A DNA stretch of 62,699 nt from an uncultured Candidatus Saccharibacteria bacterium (GCA_964456405.1 CAYVZB010000004.1:1-62699), one strand, 5' to 3'; counted from the stretch's first letter, positions 1-7,890 are shown. Notes: generated by a model not told the origin, from the sequence alone. Numbers and translations: made by a program.

Positions 1-789
1 ATTTTTTCGCAAGCATTTTTTGGACTGCTTCAAACAGTGTCGGAGAAATAATTGGTTCAAAGCTTCCGTCGTACCATTCGCCTTTGTGGTGCGTAAAACC
101 GAGATATACACGGCTCGTGAGCATTTTAGCGACGGAAGCTTTGGCAGGTGGCGTTCCTTTCGTGGTTACGCCGTGTTCCACCAAAAATTCAGCGAGGGTT
201 CCGAGGGTATGCGTCCCTTTGGCGTACTCTTCAAACGCTTTTACCACGATGCGTGATTTAGTTGGGTGCGGTTCAATATTCCTCGTTTTCGGATTATTCA
301 CATAGCCAAAGGGAGCGCGCACCAACCACTCGCCTCGGCGGACTTTTTGGCGGATACCGCGATTGATATTTTCAACGAGATTATCGCTGTAATACTTGGA
401 TTGTCCGAACGCCACCTGCAACATGAATTTCCCTTGCGGAGTTGGCTCAAACCAAAATGTCGGAAAACGCAAAGAAACTATTTTGGTCGTGTCTACTGCG
501 TAAATGATGCGCCCGCCGTCAACACTATTGCGAGCAAGACGGTCAGGGTGCCACGCGAGGATGCCTACGCCGTCCATATTTTCAATGCGGGCCATCATTT
601 CATTAAAAAGTTCACGACCAGGTTTCTTTGCACTTTTCGACTCCTGAAATTCCTCAAGAATTTCAAGATTTTCTCTACGCGCATATTCGTGTAATTCAAA
701 AAGCTGTGCCTCAATGGACATTATTTGGTGGTCATCATCCTCAGTGCTTTTTCTAGCGTAGATAAAATATTTTGGTTTGATTTCTTTCA
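1..789 (-). CDS. Large serine recombinase, N-terminal 263 codons (3' end lies beyond window start)
   Basis: Absent from ORF track because there is no in-window stop. Own translation of minus strand from ATG 789-787: MKEIKPKYFIYARKSTEDDDHQIMSIEAQ..GILAWHPDRLARNSVDGGRIIY..QVAFGQSKYYSDNLVENINRGIRQKVRRGEW..PFGYVNNPKTRNIEPHP. Catalytic YAR-x-ST block, DRL-x-R block and E-helix, followed by a recombinase domain typical of the large subfamily. Confidence 0.85.
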
Positions 790-919
790 TGTCATTGGGG
801 AGAACTTTTTGAATTCACAGCTTCCGCCGTAGGCGGAAAGGGTTTTGAAAAATTTGACAGCGCGATTTTGGCTTCTGCAAAATCGCTCCGACTTTCTGAT
901 TCCGACAACTTCTCTTTGG

Positions 920-1224
920 GTGGTGTTATTATAGCATTTGCTCGAACTTATTTCCAAAAGAAAATGAAGGACTAAACGCCCCGCCACCCGCCTCGCGGAC
1001 TCGGCGGACACCAGAAACAAACTTTTCTTTACATTTTCCGATTTGGCGCGCGGAAAAAGAATCTCTTAAATGGAAAAGAAAATTTTGTTTCTGGTGTTCT
1101 GCCCTCAAGGATTCGGGCTGGTGGCGGGGCTTCAGAAATTCGGACAGAAAATAAAAAAGTGGCTGGGGGTTGGGGGGAATGACACTTTTTATTTTCTGAC
1201 TAAAATTTTAACGGACTGGCGGAA
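920..1224. repeat. IR-L, 305-bp arm of a perfect inverted repeat
   Basis: Exact reverse complement of 3143-3447 (compared base by base). Contains an outward promoter, a 153-nt compound hairpin at 978-1130 (GCCCCGCCACC/GGTGGCGGGGC and ACCAGAAACAAA/TTTGTTTCTGGT stems) and an A/T-flanked hairpin at 1147-1196. Confidence 0.95.
928..957 (-). promoter_or_regulatory. Outward-facing sigma70-like promoter in IR-L, aimed at the recombinase gene
   Basis: Minus strand reads TTGGAA-N18-TATAAT with an extended -10 (TGCTATAAT). The recombinase ATG is about 130 nt downstream. Confidence 0.5.
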
Positions 1225-1323
1225 GTACAAAAAATTTGATATATTATAAAAGTCTAAAATGACAATGATTTAAAAAAATCTGCCTAAACTTTGCAAATGC
1301 GAAGCATGGCACAATAAGAAATT

Positions 1324-1481
1324 CCCGACCAAGATAGCAACCTCCTCATCAGGAGACGCTCTTGGTCGGGTCGTAGTCGTCGAAAGACGCTATGGGCAGT
1401 TCGAAAGAGCTGTCGTTCTCTCTGGTGGGGAGATTTTTGTTACAAAAATTTTCTCGCTAGAAACTAAACCCGACCAAGACA
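1324..1481 (+). promoter_or_regulatory. Structured 5' leader with mutually exclusive pairings (riboswitch/attenuator-like) upstream of the femAB-like gene
   Basis: The 11-mer CCCGACCAAGA occurs at 1324-1334 and again at 1469-1479 (2 nt before the ATG). Its perfect complement TCTTGGTCGGG lies at 1360-1370. Two GAAA-tetraloop hairpins lie between them (CGTC-GAAA-GACG at 1378-1389; CAGTTC-GAAA-GAGCTG at 1397-1412). Confidence 0.5.
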
Positions 1482-2510
1482 ATGAATAATTTTAAAATCC
1501 GAGAAATCGGAAATGGTGAAAATTTTGATCCTAGTATTTTTTGCGAAAATGTCCCGTTTACACAAGCAAGTTTTTATGGAGATTGGCAAAAAAATTTAGG
1601 CAGAACAGTAAAAAGATTCTTAATATCTAGCGATAAAGAAATTGTCGCTTATTTTCAAATAATTAAATATCCTCTTTTGCTAGGCAAAAGTTATTTCTAT
1701 ATACCTTATGGACCGGTTACAAAAGATTCTTCTGATGATTTTTTTTCCTACCTTAAACAAGAACTAAAAAGAATTTCTAAAATCGAAAATATTGTCTTTG
1801 TTCGTCTTGATTTCACACCAAAAATTTCAAATGATACTTTATTAAAATTTTTTACTAAAGCACCATTTTATACCTATCATTCGGCATATTTTCAACCTCG
1901 GGCTGAGTGGTTTCTTGGTTTGAAAAAAACAGAAAACGAAATACTCATGGAAATGCACGAAAAAACTCGTTACTCAATAAGATTAGCCGATAAAAAAGAA
2001 ATAGTTGCAGAAATTATTACCGACGATTTTGAAAAATATTTTGAGGTTTTTTATGAACTGATGACTGGAACAGCTGAACGAAATGGATTTAAACTCCACA
2101 AAAAGGATTATTACAAAAATATATTTCAAAATCTTTCTAGAACAAACTCTTATTTATCAATAGCAAAGTATGGTGAAAAGATTTTAGCAATTGATATGAT
2201 TATCGTTTTTGGAAAAATTGCAAACTATGTTTTTGGTGGTTCAAGTAATGAAGAAAGAAATCGTATGCCAACTTATTCGGCTCAGTGGAAAGCAATTTGT
2301 TATGCTAAACAACTTAACTGTGATTATTATAATTTTGGTGGTATAGCCACAGGAAATAAGATATATAAAGGTTGGGATGGTCTAACAATTTTTAAAAAGA
2401 AATTTGGTGGTGAAGAAATAACACATTCTGATTTTTTTGATTTAGTAACAAATCGAATCATATATTATATTTATAATTTTAGAAAATATCTAAAAAAAAT
2501 TATTCCATAA
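1482..2510 (+). CDS. FemAB-family peptidoglycan cross-bridge aminoacyltransferase (FemX/Lif/Zif-like)
   Basis: 342 aa. Family-like blocks: FTQASFYGDWQK, YIPYGPV, HEKTRYSIRLADKK, ERNGFKLHKKDYY, YVFGGSSNE..MPTYSAQW, GLTIFKKKFGG. About 30% GC by spot count. Confidence 0.8.
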   Translation: MNNFKIREIGNGENFDPSIFCENVPFTQASFYGDWQKNLGRTVKRFLISSDKEIVAYFQIIKYPLLLGKSYFYIPYGPVTKDSSDDFFSYLKQELKRISKIENIVFVRLDFTPKISNDTLLKFFTKAPFYTYHSAYFQPRAEWFLGLKKTENEILMEMHEKTRYSIRLADKKEIVAEIITDDFEKYFEVFYELMTGTAERNGFKLHKKDYYKNIFQNLSRTNSYLSIAKYGEKILAIDMIIVFGKIANYVFGGSSNEERNRMPTYSAQWKAICYAKQLNCDYYNFGGIATGNKIYKGWDGLTIFKKKFGGEEITHSDFFDLVTNRIIYYIYNFRKYLKKIIP

Positions 2511-2512
2511 AA

Positions 2513-3133
2513 ATGATCAAAATTGGATACACAATAATTATTTTTCTTTTAATTTCTTTAATTGTGGAAATCTTTTTCCTATCTGAAAATAAGCGAGAAA
2601 ATATATCTGACAAGCCAGCAATTAAGAAAGATATAGATTTTATAGCCCCAATAGATAATCCTCTAGTTAGAATTACAAAAAAATCTTTTGGTATTTTTGT
2701 GTCACCCCAAAATTCACCCATTACGCCAGAAAAATTTACTGGATATCATACGGGGGTTGATTTTGAAACTTTTCCAGAGGAACAAAATATAGATGTCCCA
2801 ATTGTGGCGGTTTGTACTGGTAAAATTCTAGAAAAAAGACAAGCAAATGGTTATGGTGGAATGGTAGTACAATCATGTTTTTTGGAAAATAATCCAATTA
2901 CTATTATTTATGGTCATATAAAATTATCAAGTATAAAAATATTACAAGGTGAAATTTTAACATCGGGTAATTTTTTGGGGGTTCTCGGTAATGGTTACAG
3001 CACAGAAACTGATGGCGAGAGAAAACACTTGCACCTTGGTATTCATAAAGGCAAAAATATTGATGTTCGTGGTTATGTGCAAATAGAAAATGATTTAAAT
3101 AATTGGATTAATATATCAACTTATTTAAAATAA
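2513..3133 (+). CDS. Membrane-anchored/secreted M23 (LytM/lysostaphin-type) zinc endopeptidase
   Basis: 206 aa. N-terminal hydrophobic anchor, HTGVDF (HxxxD) and HLHLGIH (HxH) zinc motifs. ATG is 2 nt after the femAB-like stop. Confidence 0.85.
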   Translation: MIKIGYTIIIFLLISLIVEIFFLSENKRENISDKPAIKKDIDFIAPIDNPLVRITKKSFGIFVSPQNSPITPEKFTGYHTGVDFETFPEEQNIDVPIVAVCTGKILEKRQANGYGGMVVQSCFLENNPITIIYGHIKLSSIKILQGEILTSGNFLGVLGNGYSTETDGERKHLHLGIHKGKNIDVRGYVQIENDLNNWINISTYLK

Positions 3134-3142
3134 TTGCTATTA

Positions 3143-3447
3143 TTCCGCCAGTCCGTTAAAATTTTAGTCAGAAAATAAAAAGTGTCATTCCCCCCAACCC
3201 CCAGCCACTTTTTTATTTTCTGTCCGAATTTCTGAAGCCCCGCCACCAGCCCGAATCCTTGAGGGCAGAACACCAGAAACAAAATTTTCTTTTCCATTTA
3301 AGAGATTCTTTTTCCGCGCGCCAAATCGGAAAATGTAAAGAAAAGTTTGTTTCTGGTGTCCGCCGAGTCCGCGAGGCGGGTGGCGGGGCGTTTAGTCCTT
3401 CATTTTCTTTTGGAAATAAGTTCGAGCAAATGCTATAATAACACCAC
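3143..3447. repeat. IR-R, 305-bp arm of a perfect inverted repeat
   Basis: Exact reverse complement of 920-1224. Confidence 0.95.
3410..3439 (+). promoter_or_regulatory. Outward-facing promoter copy in IR-R (would fire antisense into the trxB-like 3' end)
   Basis: TTGGAA (3410-3415), N18, TATAAT (3434-3439), preceded by TG. Confidence 0.4.
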
Positions 3448-3485
3448 AATGATCCGCGAGAACAGTCGGGGACTGTCACGGATTT

Positions 3486-4406
3486 CTACGCCCTCAAGTA
3501 AAGATAAATATCTTCGAGTGCCTTCACGGCATCACCAGCGGCAATGTTGTTTTGATGGTAGAGACCATCTGTGCAGTCACCAGCAGCCCAGATACCCGGT
3601 GTGTTGGTCATTTGTGTTTTTGGGTCAACAATAATTTGTCCGTATTGGTTCCGTTCCACTATATTTTTTGCAAATTCAGTATTGGGAAGTGCGCCAATTT
3701 CAACAAAAATACCCTGGACCGGAAGAGTTGTTTCTTCACCAGTTTTTTTGTTTTTAAAGGTATAAGAGGTAACAAATTTTTCGCCATCGATCTTTATGCT
3801 TTCAGTGTCTGTAAGTGCCTTCATGTGAGGATGAGCAATTACTTTCTGGACCGTTACTGGATCTGCCTTAAACGTCGAGTCCTTGTGAATGAGTGTTACG
3901 CTTTTTGTATACGCAAGGAGTTGTGCTGCTGTTTCAAAACCAGCATTGCCACCACCGACGACGATTACGTCTTTTCCGGCGAAAAGTGGACCATCACAGG
4001 AAGCGCAGTATGTTAGTCCTTTGTTTTCGTATTCTGCTGCACCAGGAATTTCGAGCTTTCGGCGAATACTTCCAGTCGCGATGAGGATTGTCTGGGCCTC
4101 GTACGTGTTTTTATCGGTCGTAATTACAAAACGTGTATCTTTTTTAGATATTTCCTTTACGTATTCACCAACCTGTAACTTCACAACGTCTCCGGCGTAA
4201 TGTTCAAGGTGTTTTTTAAGGTTTTCAGCAAGTTCTTGGCCACTTAATGAAACAGTTCCGATCCAGTTTTGAATATCATCAGAAACAGCGCTTTGGCTTT
4301 CAAAATTTGTTGTAATAAAAACAGTCGAAAGTTTTTTTCTCGACGCATATACACCAGCGGCGACGCCTGCCGGGCCGCCACCCAAAATTGCTAAATCGTA
4401 AATCAT
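3486..4406 (-). CDS. trxB: Thioredoxin-disulfide reductase-like FAD/NAD(P) oxidoreductase
   Basis: 306 aa. GGGPAG FAD motif, redox CASCDG, second GGGNAG Rossmann motif, C-terminal GD motif (AAGDC). Confidence 0.85.
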   Translation of the reverse strand: MIYDLAILGGGPAGVAAGVYASRKKLSTVFITTNFESQSAVSDDIQNWIGTVSLSGQELAENLKKHLEHYAGDVVKLQVGEYVKEISKKDTRFVITTDKNTYEAQTILIATGSIRRKLEIPGAAEYENKGLTYCASCDGPLFAGKDVIVVGGGNAGFETAAQLLAYTKSVTLIHKDSTFKADPVTVQKVIAHPHMKALTDTESIKIDGEKFVTSYTFKNKKTGEETTLPVQGIFVEIGALPNTEFAKNIVERNQYGQIIVDPKTQMTNTPGIWAAGDCTDGLYHQNNIAAGDAVKALEDIYLYLRA

Positions 4407-4512
4407 TATTCTATTTTAAACTACATATCTCATACCGCAAAACGAAACCTCTCTGGGTATCCTTTGGGGTTTTAAGTATCGCACCTCTGGGTAGGTAGAA
4501 TCTTTAGTACTG

Positions 4513-4588
4513 TATTTCTATTCCCCAAGCAACGCTCTGAGGGGACTCCCGGAGGCCGGCGTGCCCTGAAGAGCGTTGCTTAAAACCC
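4513..4588 (+). repeat. Structured intergenic repeat, family 2, copy B
   Basis: P1 AAGCAACGCTC (4527-4537) pairs with GAGCGTTGCTT (4571-4581). Shared core CTGAGGGGACTCCCGGAGGC...GTGCCCTGAAGAG matches copies at 8004-8116 (minus) and 38975-39087. Confidence 0.6.
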
Positions 4589-4647
4589 GTCCGGAGGACA
4601 ATCATTCAAAATATCGTGGACCCGCCCTCGCAGGGGCGACGCAGGTC

Positions 4648-5847
4648 CTACTTTAGTTTCGATCTTCGGAGAAACGCAGGAACTGCAGACCATTCATCGT
4701 CATCCATATCATCTGGTTGTGCAGCGATTGGTTTCTTTTCGGTTTGTGAGTCCTCGGTTTTTACTGGAGTAGAAGTAGTGCTTGTGGACGGGATAGTGTT
4801 GTAAATTTTACCCTTTTTTTCTGCGTCATCGGCTTTCTGCTCAAGAGATTTGTGAGTTGGTGACTCCTGGAAGATAGATTTTCGAACGGCATTTTCTGGG
4901 AAACCGGTCGCAATCACTGTGATGCGAACTTCACCTTTCTTCATGCCATCGTTTCGAATCGTACCGAAGATGATTTTTGCACCAGGATCGACTGATTCAG
5001 TGATGATCTTTGCAGCGTCCTGAATTTCAAACATTGTAAGGTCGTCACCACCAGCAATGGAGAACAGAACGCCTTTGGCACCTGCAATAGAAAGCTCAAG
5101 AAGAGGGGAATTGATTGCGATTTTTGCTGCTTCTTCCGCGCGCTTTTCGCCAGTAGCACTACCGATACCCATGAGTGCTGGGCCAGCATTTTCCATAATT
5201 GCTTTGACGTCTGCGAAGTCGATGTTGATAAGACCCGGAGTTGTAATAAGGTCAGAGATTGCTTCAACGGCTTGTCGCAACACTTCATCACACATTGCAA
5301 AGGCGCTTTTTGCAGTAGTTTCTTTGCTAATGATGCTTAAAAGACGGTCGTTAGGAATAACGATCATTGCATCAACAACACTTCGGAGTTCTTCGATTGC
5401 TTGTTCAGCAATGCGCATACGCTGTAACCCTTCAAAAAAGAACGGTTTTGTAATAACAGCAACAGTAAGCGCACCGAGCTCTTTTGAGATTTGAGCGATT
5501 CGAGGAGCCGCACCTGAACCAGTACCACCGCCTGCACCACAAGCAATGAATACCATATCTGCACCAGTTATAGATTCTCGGACTTCTTCTTGTGCTTCGT
5601 CTACAGCACGTCTGCCGAGCTCTGGATTCATACCCGTACCGAGACCGCGAGTCAGATTTTTACCAATGTGAATTTTCTTTTTAGCCAGAGAGTTGTGAAG
5701 ATCCTGTGCGTCAGTGTTGATCGCAATAAATTCTACACCCCGAACTTTCGAGTTGATCATGTGATTGATCGCATTTCTACCAGAACCTCCAACACCGAGG
5801 ACTTTGATTCGTGCGAATGTTTCAACTTCAGGCTTAATTTGGGGCAT
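4648..5847 (-). CDS. ftsZ: Cell division GTPase FtsZ
   Basis: 399 aa. GVGGSGRNAINHM, tubulin signature GGGTGSGAAP, acidic/disordered C-terminal tail. Confidence 0.97.
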   Translation of the reverse strand: MPQIKPEVETFARIKVLGVGGSGRNAINHMINSKVRGVEFIAINTDAQDLHNSLAKKKIHIGKNLTRGLGTGMNPELGRRAVDEAQEEVRESITGADMVFIACGAGGGTGSGAAPRIAQISKELGALTVAVITKPFFFEGLQRMRIAEQAIEELRSVVDAMIVIPNDRLLSIISKETTAKSAFAMCDEVLRQAVEAISDLITTPGLINIDFADVKAIMENAGPALMGIGSATGEKRAEEAAKIAINSPLLELSIAGAKGVLFSIAGGDDLTMFEIQDAAKIITESVDPGAKIIFGTIRNDGMKKGEVRITVIATGFPENAVRKSIFQESPTHKSLEQKADDAEKKGKIYNTIPSTSTTSTPVKTEDSQTEKKPIAAQPDDMDDDEWSAVPAFLRRSKLK

Positions 5848-6045
5848 GTTGTGATTATTAAATAAAATTAAATTACTTTTTTAGACAAAATAGAAACACA
5901 ATGCGAGTTCTCTCGCTCTCATGTCCCTAAAATGTCGAATAACGTTGCCTTATGATAGCACAGTGAAAAGTCTCTTGAAAACACTTGACCAGTTCGATCA
6001 ATCGTTTCAATATCAAGGTCCTGCGAATACAGGTGTTTTTGATAT

Positions 6046-7227
6046 TTAGGGTAAAAATTGCTTAATAAAAGAAATAGTTTTGCCCTTGATTCGTTTTGCC
6101 AAGTTTGAAACCTTTAGTGACCCCGTATCGTCGGTTGAAAGGCCCCAGAAACAAAGACCGTATGCAACAGACCATGAGCTATTTTTAAAAGGGCTTTTTG
6201 TTGGATCACCAGCATGCAATGCGGCGACTTTTGCTGGTAGTAAAAGGGAGCTTTTGGCATTTTCTTCAATACCACTGATGCCGGCGCCACCACCAGTAAT
6301 GATGATTCCGGCCGGCAAAAGACCAGCGTGGCCAACTTTCTTTAGATGTGCACCGATCAGATCAAACATGTCTTCAAGTCGGGCATCAATAACATCATCA
6401 AGCTTTTTTCTTGGGATTGTAAACGTTGTGATTCCACCCATTTTGAGATGTTCTGCTTCGTCGAGAGCGATTTTGAATCCAAGGGCGAGGTCGTTGGTAA
6501 TATTGCTTGAACCAACCGGAAACACTGCAACAGATTGTGGTTTGTTTTCATCAAAGACAGCAAGGGTAAGTGTTTCCGCACCGATATTGGCAAGAGCGCA
6601 TCCGGCGATTTTTTGACTTTTGGAAAGAGTAACCAAGCTTGCTGCCATTGGGGCGGCCATAACATCGACGACTTCTACACCAGCTTCTTCAACAACTTCT
6701 ATAAGGTTATGTAAATGATGTTCGAGACAAGTAATAAAAAGCATTTTGCATTCGAGCTTGTTGCCACGAAGGCCGATTGGAGTTGGGCCTAGTACTGGTT
6801 TGTCGTCGAGTTTGTATTGAAGGGGGATTGGATGAATGATTTTTCGGTTTACGATCATCGAGGAGGGGATTTCTTTTTCGCATGTTTCGTGCAGTTTGTT
6901 GAGATCAACGTCGTCGATTTCTGAATCACCACGAGAGATCATGATCGAGGCCGTTGAAATAATGCTTTCAAGACCAATACCACCTACAGATAGGAAGGCG
7001 CGTTTGATCTTTATGCCACTGGTTTTTTCCGCCTGTGCAAGAGCTTGGAGCAGGCTTTGGGTTGTGTCTGCAGGAGATGTAATGTAACCATGGCGAAGTC
7101 CTTTTGACTCTGCGTAGCCCATACCCAAGACACGAGGAAATTCCTTTCCAGAGTCTGGACTTTCTGCCACAACAACTTTGATCTGGTATGTACCAATATC
7201 TATACCGACCGCTATTTTCTTAGCCAT
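6046..7227 (-). CDS. ftsA: Cell division protein FtsA (actin-like ATPase)
   Basis: 393 aa. GIDIGTYQIKVVV phosphate-1 motif, IIITGGGAGISG adenosine motif, immediately upstream of ftsZ. Confidence 0.9.
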   Translation of the reverse strand: MAKKIAVGIDIGTYQIKVVVAESPDSGKEFPRVLGMGYAESKGLRHGYITSPADTTQSLLQALAQAEKTSGIKIKRAFLSVGGIGLESIISTASIMISRGDSEIDDVDLNKLHETCEKEIPSSMIVNRKIIHPIPLQYKLDDKPVLGPTPIGLRGNKLECKMLFITCLEHHLHNLIEVVEEAGVEVVDVMAAPMAASLVTLSKSQKIAGCALANIGAETLTLAVFDENKPQSVAVFPVGSSNITNDLALGFKIALDEAEHLKMGGITTFTIPRKKLDDVIDARLEDMFDLIGAHLKKVGHAGLLPAGIIITGGGAGISGIEENAKSSLLLPAKVAALHAGDPTKSPFKNSSWSVAYGLCFWGLSTDDTGSLKVSNLAKRIKGKTISFIKQFLP

Positions 7228-7263
7228 TTATTTTAAACACTTTTTAGGATAGAAAGAGCGATT

Positions 7264-7653
7264 CTAATCTTCGTAACCTTTGATTCCAAAAACATTTCTA
7301 ATCGCCTTTTCTTCTTTGTCCATTCTACTACCGTGGTCCATTCCTTTCAAATGATGTAAACCGTGGATAAACAAAAAAGCCAGGTGATTTTCAAAAGTAT
7401 GACCAACCTCAAGAGCTTTTTCTTTTACTTTTTCTAGGCAGATAAAAATTTCTCCAGAAGATTCGGTTAGAGGAAAACTAAGAATGTCTGTAACATAATC
7501 TTTCTTTCGATATGTAGTATTGAGTTCAAGCATTTTTGGGGGTTCGACAAAGACCAGACTAAGTTCATAGTCAGGACCAAGAACTTTTTCGGCCATAACA
7601 GAAAAAGGCAGATCCGGCTGCCTCTCTGAAGTGCTTTTTATATCAACTGACAT
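7264..7653 (-). CDS. ybeY: rRNA maturation endoribonuclease YbeY
   Basis: 129 aa. HGLHHLKGMDH zinc motif. Confidence 0.85.
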   Translation of the reverse strand: MSVDIKSTSERQPDLPFSVMAEKVLGPDYELSLVFVEPPKMLELNTTYRKKDYVTDILSFPLTESSGEIFICLEKVKEKALEVGHTFENHLAFLFIHGLHHLKGMDHGSRMDKEEKAIRNVFGIKGYED

Positions 7654-7890
7654 TTATCGGAAACTTCGCTCCTGCATTTTACCCATCTTGATGAGTTCTG
7701 CTGTTTCTGTTTGTCGGTTCATTCGCTTGAGAGCGTTTTTCTTGGTTACAAAGTGAGAACGATTTCGTTCTGTGAAGCGGTTTTTTCGGACACGCATAAG
7801 GACGCCAGAGCCTTGTACTCGACGTGTAAAACGCTTGATGACGCTAATGCTATTTTCGTTATTTCCTCGCTCTACTTCTACGTTTATCAT
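7654..7890 (-). CDS. rpsU: 30S ribosomal protein S21
   Basis: Track ORF 7654..7929. The S21-like sequence starts at the internal Met: MINVEVERGNNENSISVIKRFTRRVQGSGVL..RKNRFTE. Confidence 0.8.
   Translation of the reverse strand: MINVEVERGNNENSISVIKRFTRRVQGSGVLMRVRKNRFTERNRSHFVTKKNALKRMNRQTETAELIKMGKMQERSFR

Larger units (their letters stand above)
1..3447. mobile_element. Candidate recombinase-associated mobile or invertible cassette (recombinase, IR-L, femAB-like/M23 cargo, IR-R); left limit unknown
   Basis: Serine recombinase abuts a perfect 305-bp inverted-repeat pair enclosing a strongly AT-rich two-gene cargo. Confidence 0.45.

Noticed and set aside
20-694. Plus-strand ORFs 20..256, 84..305 and 266..694.
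   Set aside because: They are antisense to a clearly recognisable serine recombinase reading frame on the minus strand, and they show no family-like motifs.
822-838. Perfect palindrome TTCCGCC-GTA-GGCGGAA in the recombinase leader. The same heptamer forms the inner termini of both IR arms (1218-1224 and 3143-3149), which tempts a call as a recombinase crossover site.
   Set aside because: A given 7-mer is expected about 8 times by chance on both strands of 62.7 kb. The spacer context at the IR ends does not match the palindrome. I keep it only as a possible operator; it needs experimental support.
787-1020. Track ORFs 787..1020(-), 3347..3634(+) and 3213..3479(-) look like a duplicated protein, with identical N-termini MFLVSAESARRVAGRL...
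   Set aside because: They lie inside the two arms of the 305-bp inverted repeat, so the identity is a DNA-level artefact. The sequence there is dominated by hairpins and promoter-like elements, and the ORFs diverge as soon as they leave the repeat.
1225-1481. femAB-like leader as a T-box or glycine riboswitch. This is attractive because Fem enzymes use aminoacyl-tRNA, often Gly-tRNA.
   Set aside because: I found no T-box consensus (AANNNGGGTGGNACCGCG). I also could not find the glycine-riboswitch conserved cores. CTCTGGTGGGGAG is only a superficial resemblance.
4527-4581. Family-2 repeat core (CUGA...GAA flanked by stems) as a hammerhead ribozyme.
   Set aside because: The element has only a two-strand internal loop, not a three-way junction. 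The CUGANGA box is not satisfied (CUGAGGG), and no GAAA plus cleavage-site arrangement exists. Tandem G-A pairs explain the conserved bases better.
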